DNA of 64,000 nucleotides from an uncultured Alphaproteobacteria bacterium (GCA_944392865.1 CALXYD010000001.1:2705-66704), one strand, 5' to 3'; positions 30,746 to 40,359 are shown, counted from the stretch's first letter. Notes: generated by a model from the sequence alone, not told the origin. Numbers and translations: made by a program.

Positions 30746-30784
30746 AAATAAAAGGGATGAGTCTTAATCATCCCTTTTATTTTA
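30745..30784. terminator. Bidirectional hairpin terminator
   Basis: AAAAGGGATGAgtcttaaTCATCCCTTTTATTTT. Confidence 0.6.
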
Positions 30785-30817
30785 GTAGCGCTCTAACCAG
30801 CTGAGCTACACACCCAT
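30785..30817 (-). pseudogene. tRNA-Val 5' half fragment (positions 1 to about 33 of the tRNA only)
   Basis: gtagcgctctaaccaGctgagctacacacccat matches 27241-27273 (the 5' acceptor strand, D-arm and start of the anticodon stem of tRNA-Val) with 1 mismatch; the 3' half is replaced by the hairpin and the att-like repeat. Confidence 0.7.
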
Positions 30818-31061
30818 CATGCGGGGAGTTTTATAACAAACTTTTTTGTTTATGGCAAGAGTTATTTTGACTATGAACAATTTTTTTTAGCAGCTTTTAT
30901 ATAGTCCGTATGTAAGAGAGAAGAAAAAAATTAAAAGGTATGGGAAAATTAAAAGAGAGATGAATTTTTCATCTCTCTTTTTTTGTGGTTTGCAGCATTT
31001 TTTGCGGGGTGCCGCATTTTGGGCGGGGCTGCATTGTGCGCTTTAAACGGATGCTTTTCGG

Positions 31062-31943
31062 CTAGTCGGGAATATATCTACACCACTGATAGGCCTCTTT
31101 AATGGCTGTTCTTTCATCGTATAAATATTTCTCGGCATGCCAGAAAATATCCCAGATAATCGGCACATATTGCAACATTGCCCTCATTTTTTTCAAGCCG
31201 GTAACGCGCTGTTTAATCAAAAAGCGGTTGCGCAGGACGGCATCGGCTTTTTTTGTGGTTTCGTCGGGTTCAAACGGCTTGCGCAAAAACTTGCCGTCAT
31301 AGACCTCAAAACGGCGTACCAGAGAGGCATACAGATGCAAAGCGACCCGGCCGTGTCCGGCAATCTGAAAATTATACCAGCGCAGTGTTTCCTCTACGGT
31401 CTGTTTGATGACGTACATGTCATAATCCAGCGCTACACAGCCATGCTTTTCGGGCTCTTCATTGCACTGGAAATCGGCACTCTGCCTGAAGACCATCGCC
31501 AACCGCTGCGTTGAAACGACCAGAGCCTTTTTTTCTTGAGCCAGATGAGAAATGGCCTGCAGGTTTTCGGTTGTGTTGCGCCCTTTGTCCAAAACGATAA
31601 TTTCGCTTTCGGGAACGCCTAATTCCATGGCAACGCGTTTCAAACGCATGGCTTCCGTTTCTTTTTGCAAAAGCCGGGAAGCCGGTTTTTTTAGCCTTAC
31701 TTTTAACGAGAAACGCATAACGGCAAAGGCTGTCGCCAGCAGACCCTCGCCGCCGACAACAGCCAGACGGGCTTCGGGATTGAGCTTTTTTACCTGACGG
31801 TAAACTTCCATTGATTTTAGTACGGCGGTAATGTCATCGTCATATACTACCATAAAATCGTACTTTTTTGCTGCGTCAAACGTTGAAGCAACATCATAGG
31901 CGCGGTTGATAACCTCGGCCGCATTCAAATAATCCTTTTTCAT
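31062..31943 (-). CDS. YdcF/DUF218 family protein
   Basis: AVVGGEGLLATAF, ILDKGRNTTENLQ and LVVSTQRLAMVFRQ resemble the conserved DUF218 blocks (GG..., S.nT.eNa, vVTs..Hm.R); 293 aa. Its 3' UTR (30963-31060) holds a hairpin-T-tract terminator and a G-rich triple repeat. Confidence 0.55.
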   Translation of the reverse strand: MKKDYLNAAEVINRAYDVASTFDAAKKYDFMVVYDDDITAVLKSMEVYRQVKKLNPEARLAVVGGEGLLATAFAVMRFSLKVRLKKPASRLLQKETEAMRLKRVAMELGVPESEIIVLDKGRNTTENLQAISHLAQEKKALVVSTQRLAMVFRQSADFQCNEEPEKHGCVALDYDMYVIKQTVEETLRWYNFQIAGHGRVALHLYASLVRRFEVYDGKFLRKPFEPDETTKKADAVLRNRFLIKQRVTGLKKMRAMLQYVPIIWDIFWHAEKYLYDERTAIKEAYQWCRYIPD

Positions 31944-32436
31944 AATTGTAGGTTTAGATAATTTTTATTCGCCGTTATTTTGACTCTTTTTTGACATCTT
32001 GTCAATATTTTTTTATGTAAGAGGAATATTTCCTGTTTAAATAAATATATAGCTTTACTGAGCCGGCATATTTTTTTGCGAGCTTTCGGTGTTAACACCA
32101 CAGAAAAACGACGACAATCAGGAAAAATAGCCGGCAAGCTTCCGGCATTAACGCCGGCGATAATCTTTGCCATATCGGTTTTATGGCTGTTTTTCTGGTA
32201 ACTTCTGCATCATCCCATTCTTTACTTAAAATAGATTGTTTTTTTTGCCTTGATATAAGCGACGACTAAAGAAATCGGAATTCCCCATGCACCGATAAAC
32301 TCAATACACTTTCCGACTTTTTCTATAATGTCATCTGTCCTTTTGGGATTTTAACCACGGTTCCCACGGCTTTAGCCCCATACTTTGCAATATTCTTATC
32401 AATAAACTTATTGCCAGTAGAAATAGTATTCGGATT

Positions 32437-32492
32437 TTTATACCTGCCGTTTGAAATGGTGATACTTAACTCACAGTTTACGAGTTGGTTCT
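32437..32492 (-). repeat. Degenerate att-like repeat, copy 3 (abutting the stop codon of 32491..33210)
   Basis: Minus strand: aaccaactcgtaaactgtgagttaagtATCACCAtttcaaaCGGCAGGTATAAAAATCCG. Confidence 0.65.
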
Positions 32493-33210
32493 ATCGACCG
32501 TCCTCTCTATTTTTGGCTAAACCAACAACCGAAGGCTCTTGTTTTTTTAAGCAAAATTTAGCTATTTCTAACTCCAATGTTTTTTCACACACTCTATTAA
32601 CAATCGGATAATTTTTCTTCCACTCTTTTTTATCCCAATTATCTTCCTTAGACTGTTCATTCATTTTATCGGAAAACATATTATTTTTTATATCACTGAC
32701 GGCAAATTTGAAAATATTAGATTTTGATGCATTTTTCCAATCTAAGATTTTTCCATCCGGAGATACAATCGGCTGATTTTCACCCCACATCCCCACACCG
32801 ACATCCATCTCGACACAACCTAAACACTCTTGAACAACAGTATCATCAAAGTATGATGCATTTAATTCTCTCATTAGGCGTTTAAATGCATCAATTTCCG
32901 GACGCTTAAAAACATTTTCTTTTCCACCCAAAGAACCATCCGCATTATAAAAATATCGCTCACCAAATAAATCCATTTTCTCTATATTTTTCTTTTTTTG
33001 TTCATACGATTTATTATTGTCATTCAATGAATTCATAGCTAAAGATACCATTGACATCGCATACAAAAGTCTTGATGCTTTGTAATTATCTTTAAAATAG
33101 TTAGGGTTATGAGATATTTCTTTAGTAACTGCTACCGCCTCTTTAAAAACCGGCAATAAATTATGCTCCATTATTTTAAAGGGGTCTTTTGAGAGTTCAT
33201 TTTGTGACAT
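32491..33210 (-). CDS. Hypothetical protein, family A (long form, with a ~130-aa C-terminal extension)
   Basis: Its N-terminal 110 aa are paralogous to 27489..27824; 239 aa. Confidence 0.55.
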   Translation of the reverse strand: MSQNELSKDPFKIMEHNLLPVFKEAVAVTKEISHNPNYFKDNYKASRLLYAMSMVSLAMNSLNDNNKSYEQKKKNIEKMDLFGERYFYNADGSLGGKENVFKRPEIDAFKRLMRELNASYFDDTVVQECLGCVEMDVGVGMWGENQPIVSPDGKILDWKNASKSNIFKFAVSDIKNNMFSDKMNEQSKEDNWDKKEWKKNYPIVNRVCEKTLELEIAKFCLKKQEPSVVGLAKNREDGR

Positions 33211-33292
33211 TCAAATTATCCTTATCAATTATATTGTATATTTGGATAATAGCACATTTTGTAAAGCTTATCAATAAAAATTAATAATCAGA

Positions 33293-33440
33293 AAGTTCGG
33301 ACAAATTGAAAAAATGACTATTTTTGAAAATTAAACATCCGAACTTGATGAAAGCCTTGGAAATAAAAGAAAAAGCAGCCATTTTCATGACTGCTGTTTG
33401 AATTGGTGATGCTTAACTCACCGTTTACGAGTTGGTTTAT
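33293..33440 (-). repeat. Degenerate att-like repeat, copy 4 (full-length: arm, ATCACCA core, terminator, ~100-nt flank), abutting the stop of 33443..34249
   Basis: About 85% identical to 34319-34436 (the native 3' flank of tRNA-Glu plus the last 7 nt of the tRNA). Confidence 0.75.
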
Positions 33441-33442
33441 TT

Positions 33443-34249
33443 CTATTTTGTTATTTCCTTTGTTTTCATCATATTAAAAATATTAGTCTGTGTATTTATT
33501 TTTTCGTTGTTTTGAATACGAATAAATTTATCAAAATCCATAACTTTAGAACTATCTATTTCTCCTTCATTTGCCCATTGTGTGAGTCTTTCCATATTTT
33601 CTGGAGTTGATATGATTGCCACAAGTCTTTCTGGATTTTTTCTAAAATCAACATTACATATCATCCATCCCGAAGGAAGATTTTTATATTCTTCTTGATC
33701 TTTAGCTGTAACAACAAATATACATCCAGCTGGATAACAAAAATCATCAACCAAATGCATATAATCTTTTACAGACGTGTGTATTGTATCTTTGTTTGTA
33801 ACAGAAATTTTTCCAGGAGGATCATAGCTTGTAGAATGCCCAAATCTGTCTGCACCGGAAGAAATTCCGCCCGTTAATATAATGTTTTTGGCACCCATTA
33901 TAGATGTTCCGTGGAAGCATAGCTTTTTTTCTTCAGGTATGCTATCCGCAATTTTATTAGGAAACTCTTCCAGTTGTCTTGTTCTGTAAGCAATATCTTC
34001 CTTTGAGGGAGCTCGCAAAAGTAAGGATTCTTCTTTATAATTTTTTAAGCGATATTTATCTTCATATAAAATTTTTTCATACTCTTTAATAATAAATTTA
34101 TTTCCAGATTCAAGAGCTTCTTGATATTCTTTTTCTACAGCACTTATATCTTTTGCTAATTTTGCTATATTTAAAGGAACCTGTTTCTTTTTTCTTTCAA
34201 AATTACTGCAACTACTTTGAAAATATTCTTCAATTATAGTATCTTCCAT
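33443..34249 (-). CDS. Candidate ADP-ribosyltransferase (R-S-E class motifs) with an N-terminal coiled region; otherwise hypothetical
   Basis: Y88-R89 (AYRTR), S139-T140-S141 followed by an aromatic (HSTSYD) and Q185-E186-E187 (DQEEY) sit at spacings of 47-50 and 44-46 residues, as in the cholera-toxin/C3 R-S-E ADP-ribosyltransferases; also CFHGTSIMGAKNIILTGG. 268 aa. Confidence 0.4.
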   Translation of the reverse strand: MEDTIIEEYFQSSCSNFERKKKQVPLNIAKLAKDISAVEKEYQEALESGNKFIIKEYEKILYEDKYRLKNYKEESLLLRAPSKEDIAYRTRQLEEFPNKIADSIPEEKKLCFHGTSIMGAKNIILTGGISSGADRFGHSTSYDPPGKISVTNKDTIHTSVKDYMHLVDDFCYPAGCIFVVTAKDQEEYKNLPSGWMICNVDFRKNPERLVAIISTPENMERLTQWANEGEIDSSKVMDFDKFIRIQNNEKINTQTNIFNMMKTKEITK

Positions 34250-34318
34250 TGTGCCACTCCTAATCTAATGAAATTATAGTAGCATAATCTGTTTATCTAG
34301 TCAAAGTTTTTAATAAAA

Positions 34319-34429
34319 AAGTTCGGACAAATTGAAAAAATGACTATTAAAGAAAATGAAACATCCGAACTCAAGATAAGCCTTGGAAATAAAAGAAAAA
34401 GCAGCCATTTTCATGACTGCCATTTGTAT
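34319..34429 (-). repeat. Native 3' flank of tRNA-Glu (terminator plus ~100 nt); the master copy of the att-like repeat family
   Basis: aaagttcggacaaattgaaaaaatgactat...ccttggaaataaaagaaaaaGCAGCCATtttcATGACTGCcatttg; on the minus strand the hairpin is followed by TTTTTCTTTTATTT. Confidence 0.7.
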
Positions 34430-34505
34430 TGGTGATCCCAACGGGATTCGAACCCGTGTTGCAGCCTTGAGAGGGCCGCGTCCTAGGCCTCTAGACGATG
34501 GGACC
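34430..34505 (-). tRNA. tRNA-Glu (anticodon CTC), 76 nt with encoded CCA
   Basis: Hand-folded: acceptor GGTCCCA/TGGGATC, D-stem GTCT/GGAC, anticodon stem CGGCC/GGCTG with loop CTCTCAA, T-stem ACGGG/CCCGT with loop TTCGAAT; closely parallels E. coli tRNA-Glu. Confidence 0.85.
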
Positions 34506-34689
34506 GTCTGAAAACACCTACCTAATAGAACAAATATTCTTAGATTGCAAGCATTTTCTGTATATCTCATAAAATATTAACAACTTACCTCTGTTATCCC
34601 CCAAAAGCGACCTACCTGCATAAACCATTCACCTCCCGAAGAATAGTTCACTATCACAGGATTTTTGAGCACAAAAAGAAAGAGCGATG

Positions 34690-34720
34690 TCGCAACACCG
34701 CTCTTCTTTGTTACATTCAG
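34690..34720 (-). terminator. Intrinsic terminator downstream of acrB
   Basis: Minus strand: AGAGCGgtgttgcgacatCGCTCTTTCTTT. Confidence 0.6.
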
Positions 34721-34721
34721 C

Positions 34722-37700
34722 CTACTCGGCTTTTTTCGCCGAATGTTTATCCACCACTGTCTGTATCATAATATACATCAGCGGAATAACGACCAAGCCG
34801 CACAACGTTCCGATTAACATTCCGGAAAACACCGGCACGCCAACCGCCACACGCGACCCGGAACAGGCACCTGTCGCCCACACCAGCGGCGCCACACCGA
34901 GAATAAAGGTCAAAGCCGTCATCAACACCGCACGAAACCGCTCTTTTGTTCCGGTAACCGCAGATTCAATAATTGACGCCCCTTTCTCATGTTCCTCTTT
35001 GGCAAATTCCACAATCAAAATAGCATTCTTTGCAGACAAACCGACAAGCAACACCAAGCCGAGCTGGGCATAGATACTAAGCGGCAGATTCGTAATAAAC
35101 ATACCAATAAATGCCCCCAACATTGCCGTCATCACCGAAAGAATAACCGACAGCGGAATTGTCCAGCTTTCATATTGCGCCACCAGGAAAAGATATGCAA
35201 ACAATATCGCCAGCGCCACCAGATATGCAATCTGCCCTTGGTTACGCTTTTCTTGCAAACTCATACCGGACCACTCGTAAGCATATTTATTAGACAACAC
35301 TTCATCGGCAAGCTTTTCCACCGCTTCCATAGCCGCACCCGAGCTAGACCCCGGCGCTGCCTGAATGTTAATGGTCGCTGCCGCATATTGGTTATATCTG
35401 TCAATTGCACGCGGACGGGTTACACGACGGATTTCAATCAGACTGCCCAGCGGCACCATATTTCCCGTATTACTCTGGACATACAAATTCTTTATGCTGT
35501 CCAGATTCTTACGATAGCGCCAATCCGCCATAATCATAACCTTATTCGCCTGCGTTCCGATATTAACGTCATTGACATACAACGACCCCAAATACGTCTG
35601 CAAAGTTGAATAAATACTGCCGACGGAAACGTTCATCAATTCTGCTTTTTCGCGATTGATATCAAGATACGCGTGCGGCGTCTTTGATGTAAACGTTGAA
35701 TAAGCCATTGACACTTCCGGTAGTTTGTTTAATTCAACCAAAAACTTGTTCAAAGTCTTTTCCAACGCTGTCATATCCGAATCTTCAATTGACTGCAAAC
35801 GCAAATCCATACTGTTATTGTTGCCTAAACCCGGAATAGCCGGCATTTCAAACAACATAATGTTTGCATTTGTAATCTTTGCCAATTCGGCATTTAAGCG
35901 TGCGCGAATACTTGAAGACGAGTCTATAATATCCTTGCGCTCCGCCCACGGCTTCAGAGCAATAACGTTAAACCCGACATTTTCGCCCTGTCCGGCCAAA
36001 ATACTAAAACCGCGCAGATTCATCACGGATCTGATTTTATCCTCACTCTTCATAATCGGACGTGTCCGGTCAATAACGTCTAATGTCCGCTGCCCGGCCG
36101 CACCTTCCGGCAATTGAATGTTTGCCATAATCACGCCTTGGTCTTCATCCGGCAAGAACGAAGATTTGATATGCGTAACCGAAAACAGATTCAATGCAGC
36201 CAATGCCAACACGATGGCAATAATAATCAGCATTTTGCGCCCGAGAAAAGCTACCGTTTTGATATATTTATTCTTCGTGGAATTGATAAACTGCTCAAAA
36301 CGGAACAAAAAGCCGGAAGTTCTCTGCGGCATCGGTTTCAACAAGGTTGCGCAAAGCGCCGGACTGAGCGTCAACGCATTAACACCCGAAAACAGCACCG
36401 CAAATGAAATTGCAATAGCAAATTGTTGATAAATACGGCCGGTAACCCCGCCCATAAAAGCAATCGGCACAAAAATAGCCAGCAACACCAATGTCGTCGC
36501 TACCACGGCCGAAGACACCTGCTCCATCGCTTTTTCCGATGCAGCCTTTGGCGCCAGTTTTTCGGTCTCCATCAAATACAATACGCGCTCAACCACAACA
36601 ATAGCGTCGTCTACCACCAGACCAATCGCTAAAATCAAGCCAAACAGCGTTAAAATATTCAAGTTATATCCCATCGCCAGCATAACCGCGAATGTCGCTA
36701 AAATTGACACCGGAATAGCAATTGACGGAATAAGCGTCGCCCGCCAGTTTTGCAAAAAGACATAACAAACGCACAAAACCAGTAAAAACGTCAAAACCAA
36801 CGTAAACACGACTTCCTCAATGGAAACTTTAATAAATTCCGTCGCGTCAAAAAAGATATTAACGTCAAAATCATCAGGATAATATTTTGACAGGCGCGCC
36901 AACTCGGCTTTAATGGCATCCATCGCCTGCAAAGCATTGGCGCCGGACAGTTTATTAACCATAATACCGACGTTCGGCTGTCCGTCAACATCGGAAACCG
37001 TCAAATAGCTTTCCGGCCCGATTTCAACTTTGGCAATATCCTTCAAACGAACAAGTCCGCCCTCTTCTTCCGTTCTGACGATAATATTTTCAAAGTCTTT
37101 CGCCTCGTTCAAACGTCCTTGTGTTTCCAATGAAAAGACAAGTTTGCTGCTCCCGTCGTTCGGCTCTGCACCAACCGACCCCAAAGACGGCTGATAGTTC
37201 TGGCTCGTAATCGCCGCCTGAACTTCCGCAATAGACAAATTCAACGCCGCCATCTTATCCGCGTCAAGCCAGACGCGCATACTTAAGTCAGACCCCATAA
37301 CATGCACATCGCCAACGCCATATTGCCGGCCAAGGTTGTTTTTAATATTGTTCGTAACATAGTTGTTCAGGAAATTCTGGTCGTGCGTCCCGTTCGGCGA
37401 AATCGCCTGTAAAAAGCCCAGAATTTCCGTTGACCGTCTTGCAACGTTCACACCTCTTTCCTGCACTTCATCAGGCAAGCTGTTCAGCGCCTTTTCAACT
37501 CGGTTTTGCACCTTGACTTGCGCCAAGTCCGGATCTGTTCCGATTTCAAAACTGATGGTTAATTCATAACGCCCGGAGTTATACGACGACGATTCCATAT
37601 ACATCATATTGTCAACGCCGTTAACTTCCTTTTCAATCGGTATCGCCACCGTATTCGCCACCGTTTCCGCACTCGCACCGGTATAGTCCGCCGTAACCGA

Positions 37701-37832
37701 AACCGTCGGCGGCGTAATTTCCGGATACATCGCAATCGGCAGCATAAAAATAGCAATAAGCCCGGCCAAACTCATCACAATGGCAATAACCACTGCAAAA
37801 CGCGGCCTTTCAATAAAGAACTTTGAAAACAT
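34722..37832 (-). CDS. acrB: RND multidrug efflux transporter permease (AcrB/HAE1 family)
   Basis: 1036 aa, 12-TM RND architecture, [24 protein letters not shown]... with conserved AcrB blocks. Confidence 0.95.
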   Translation of the reverse strand: MFSKFFIERPRFAVVIAIVMSLAGLIAIFMLPIAMYPEITPPTVSVTADYTGASAETVANTVAIPIEKEVNGVDNMMYMESSSYNSGRYELTISFEIGTDPDLAQVKVQNRVEKALNSLPDEVQERGVNVARRSTEILGFLQAISPNGTHDQNFLNNYVTNNIKNNLGRQYGVGDVHVMGSDLSMRVWLDADKMAALNLSIAEVQAAITSQNYQPSLGSVGAEPNDGSSKLVFSLETQGRLNEAKDFENIIVRTEEEGGLVRLKDIAKVEIGPESYLTVSDVDGQPNVGIMVNKLSGANALQAMDAIKAELARLSKYYPDDFDVNIFFDATEFIKVSIEEVVFTLVLTFLLVLCVCYVFLQNWRATLIPSIAIPVSILATFAVMLAMGYNLNILTLFGLILAIGLVVDDAIVVVERVLYLMETEKLAPKAASEKAMEQVSSAVVATTLVLLAIFVPIAFMGGVTGRIYQQFAIAISFAVLFSGVNALTLSPALCATLLKPMPQRTSGFLFRFEQFINSTKNKYIKTVAFLGRKMLIIIAIVLALAALNLFSVTHIKSSFLPDEDQGVIMANIQLPEGAAGQRTLDVIDRTRPIMKSEDKIRSVMNLRGFSILAGQGENVGFNVIALKPWAERKDIIDSSSSIRARLNAELAKITNANIMLFEMPAIPGLGNNNSMDLRLQSIEDSDMTALEKTLNKFLVELNKLPEVSMAYSTFTSKTPHAYLDINREKAELMNVSVGSIYSTLQTYLGSLYVNDVNIGTQANKVMIMADWRYRKNLDSIKNLYVQSNTGNMVPLGSLIEIRRVTRPRAIDRYNQYAAATINIQAAPGSSSGAAMEAVEKLADEVLSNKYAYEWSGMSLQEKRNQGQIAYLVALAILFAYLFLVAQYESWTIPLSVILSVMTAMLGAFIGMFITNLPLSIYAQLGLVLLVGLSAKNAILIVEFAKEEHEKGASIIESAVTGTKERFRAVLMTALTFILGVAPLVWATGACSGSRVAVGVPVFSGMLIGTLCGLVVIPLMYIMIQTVVDKHSAKKAE

Positions 37833-37862
37833 AACCCTATTCCCCTTATGTTAGTTAGCCGC

Positions 37863-39038
37863 TTAGTTGGCTGCCGCGATTTTTACCTCGGCGCCGGATC
37901 TCATCATTCTGTTCTGTTGCCCGCTGACAATGACCTTTTCGCCAATTTTCAGGCCGCTTTCAATAACCTGCTTGCCGTCATAGGATTCGCCGAGTTTAAC
38001 ATTTCTCAACACTGCAATATTATCGGCATTGACCACATAAACCTGCGCCTGTTCTTCATCTTGCATAATGGCAACTTCCGGCACCACGATTCCTTTTTTC
38101 GGATTCGCCGAGGTAATAAACATCTTAACGTATGCACCCGGTTTCAGCAAACCTTTGTCATTGTTAATATCCGCATAAACCGCAACCGTCGCTGTCCCAA
38201 GATTAACCTCGTTATCAGCAAAAACCTTCGTCAGCTTTTCCTTAAAGATTTCCCCGCTTGCCAGTTCAATATTGACCACAAAATCATTCAAATTGCGTTC
38301 CCCGGCGGCTTGCATCTCCAAATACTCTCTGTCTGTCAGAGAAAAAGCGATTCGGATAGGATTAACCTGCACCACGCGCGCCAGAGGCTCGCCGGAAGCA
38401 TTGACATAGTTGCCGACTGTCACATTGGTCTTCCCGATATAACCGTCAATATAGGCTTTGACTTCGGTATTATCCAAATCAATTTTGGCTAAATCAAGCT
38501 GCGCCTGCGCCTGAGAAACCGCCGCTTTAGCCTGTAAATAAGCGCTCTCTGCCGTATCGTATGTCGCTTTGGAAGCAATATTTTTCGCACTTAATTGCTT
38601 CTGGCGGTTATAATCTCTTTCCGTCTTGGTCAGATTCGCTTTGGCGCTTTCCAACTGCGCCTTCGCCAGATTATAATTTGCCTGATATGTATCCTTGTCA
38701 ATAATAAACAGAGGATCATCTTTCTTTACAAAGCTCCCCTCTACAAAATTAACCTTGTCCAAACTGCCGCTAACCTTCGCCACGACATCAACGCTATTGA
38801 TAGCTTCCACCAAAGCAACGTATGTTTTCGGATTATTGATAACCTCTTCTTTTGCTTCCGCCACCGTAACATTGATGGAAGGCATCTGCATTTCACCCGT
38901 TTTCTGCCCGTAGAAATGGCATCCGGCAATAACCGCTAACAATGCTGCCGCTCCTGCAAACAAATAACTTTTTTTCATAACTTTTATCCCCTCTTGAACA
39001 TCTGTTTTTACAATTTCCGCAAATTCTTTCTTTTGCAT
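37863..39038 (-). CDS. acrA: RND efflux periplasmic adaptor (membrane fusion protein, AcrA-like); the likely start is the internal Met at 38978 (MKKSYLFAGAAALL, lipobox GC)
   Basis: HlyD/MFP family: lipoprotein signal, coiled-coil hairpin region, beta-barrel and MP domains; 371-391 aa. Confidence 0.9.
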   Translation of the reverse strand: MQKKEFAEIVKTDVQEGIKVMKKSYLFAGAAALLAVIAGCHFYGQKTGEMQMPSINVTVAEAKEEVINNPKTYVALVEAINSVDVVAKVSGSLDKVNFVEGSFVKKDDPLFIIDKDTYQANYNLAKAQLESAKANLTKTERDYNRQKQLSAKNIASKATYDTAESAYLQAKAAVSQAQAQLDLAKIDLDNTEVKAYIDGYIGKTNVTVGNYVNASGEPLARVVQVNPIRIAFSLTDREYLEMQAAGERNLNDFVVNIELASGEIFKEKLTKVFADNEVNLGTATVAVYADINNDKGLLKPGAYVKMFITSANPKKGIVVPEVAIMQDEEQAQVYVVNADNIAVLRNVKLGESYDGKQVIESGLKIGEKVIVSGQQNRMMRSGAEVKIAAAN

Positions 39039-39045
39039 TTTTTCC

Positions 39046-39666
39046 TCACTGTTTCCTTTTCAAACCTTCAAACAATAAACCTAATCCCGTGCGCACCATG
39101 CTCGTAATATCATAAGCAAATCTTCTGCTCAAACAGGAGAAAACGATTCCGTAATAAGTTGACAATATGATATGTGCCAACATCTCAACATCAATCCCTT
39201 CGCGCAACTCGCCTTTCGTTTTCAAGTCTACCAAAACTTGGTTAACTTTCTCTAAATGATAGTTTTTTGTAAGCGCCAAAGCCTTGTCAACCCGCTCCAA
39301 AACCGCTTCCGACCATTCCATCTGGCACAGCATAAACCGGGTAAAACGAGAAAAGCGCAAATCTTTCTCACACGCCTCCGACCACAATACAAAATACGTC
39401 AGCAAATCATCTAACGTATTCCCTTGCGGCACGTTCGGCATTAACTCGTCACGCTTACGCCCGGTATATTCAATAATCAAAGCCGCCACCAAATCCGCCT
39501 TATTTCTGAAATACCAATACACCGCACCCTTAGTAAAACCGGCTCTTGCAGCTATTTCATCAAAGGTTGCCTTGGCATAGCCTTTTTCCGAAAAGACATC
39601 CAATGCCGATTCCAAGACTGCTTGCCTTGTCTTTTCGGCATCTTCCTTGCATTTTCTTACCATCAA
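39046..39666 (-). CDS. acrR: TetR/AcrR family repressor, first gene of the efflux operon
   Basis: HTH YAKATFDEIAARAGFTKGAVYWYF; 206 aa; 8-nt gap to acrA. Confidence 0.85.
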   Translation of the reverse strand: MMVRKCKEDAEKTRQAVLESALDVFSEKGYAKATFDEIAARAGFTKGAVYWYFRNKADLVAALIIEYTGRKRDELMPNVPQGNTLDDLLTYFVLWSEACEKDLRFSRFTRFMLCQMEWSEAVLERVDKALALTKNYHLEKVNQVLVDLKTKGELREGIDVEMLAHIILSTYYGIVFSCLSRRFAYDITSMVRTGLGLLFEGLKRKQ

Positions 39667-39795
39667 ACCTCCTGAATTATAGATACATACTAAAATGTAT
39701 GTTACAATCAGTAATATAAAAACACTATATTTTCCAACTTGTCAAGAGGGTTATCCTAAAATTTTACACTTTTTTTCATCTAAAAAATGCTACTC

Positions 39796-40359
39796 TTAAA
39801 TTCCCAGTTTTACCATTGATAATTCTGCATGAAAATCCGCCATATTCGGACTGGCGATATACGCCCCGGTTTTAACCTCCTCATAGCTTTGCATATAAAA
39901 CATACGCATTTTTATAAACGTTACGCCGTCAAGAGAATAGGATAAAATATAGTCATCGCCCACACGGTTTAGTCTATACCAGATTTCACAAACATCTCTC
40001 GGCAGATTAAACCCCGCCCAGTCCGAATGTCCGCCGATAGTCAGAGAAGATGCTAAAACATTCCCCCCTGAGCTCTCATTCATGATTGAAGCCTTAAACC
40101 AGTTTCGCTCATCTACCCGCATCATAATTCCGCATTGCGAAAATTTATCCAAAGCCTCAAACTTCCACTTTAACGTCAGAAAGAAATCGCCCGCCTGCCG
40201 GCAAAAGAAAAAATGTCCGTCATCTTTCTTAAATCCGCGATGCACGCTTTGCCAAAAATCCGTCCCTTCGCGTGCATAAATAATCATCGCGTCATCTTCA
40301 AAACGGACATTTTCAGGGTCATTATACCATTCAAAATTTTCCAGCGCCTCAAAATGCAT
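39796..40359 (-). CDS. DUF1349-like (concanavalin-A/LamG-fold) protein
   Basis: 187 aa, W/F-rich beta protein resembling the DUF1349 family; uncertain. Confidence 0.35.
   Translation of the reverse strand: MHFEALENFEWYNDPENVRFEDDAMIIYAREGTDFWQSVHRGFKKDDGHFFFCRQAGDFFLTLKWKFEALDKFSQCGIMMRVDERNWFKASIMNESSGGNVLASSLTIGGHSDWAGFNLPRDVCEIWYRLNRVGDDYILSYSLDGVTFIKMRMFYMQSYEEVKTGAYIASPNMADFHAELSMVKLGI

Noticed and set aside
30985-31035. G-rich triple repeat gcatttt(t)g(c/g)gggg(c)t in an otherwise AT-rich intergenic region
   Set aside because: It lies in the 3' UTR of the minus-strand YdcF gene, next to its terminator hairpin. It is too short and irregular to call as a regulatory element.
33443-34249. 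Alternative reading of 33443..34249 as a diphtheria-toxin/PARP-like (H-Y-E) ADP-ribosyltransferase or a Tpt1/KptA RNA 2'-phosphotransferase, because of the HGT motif
   Set aside because: I could not find the second Tyr-Tyr motif or the Tpt1 R-H-R-R tetrad at sensible spacings. The R / S-T-S / Q-x-E set fits better. It is kept only as a supporting observation.
29725-34429. Possibility that the repeated ~60-150-bp elements are a CRISPR array
   Set aside because: The units are 1-2 kb apart rather than 25-50 bp. They are long, degenerate, and contain a terminator hairpin plus a tRNA 3' end. There are no short regular spacers and no cas genes.
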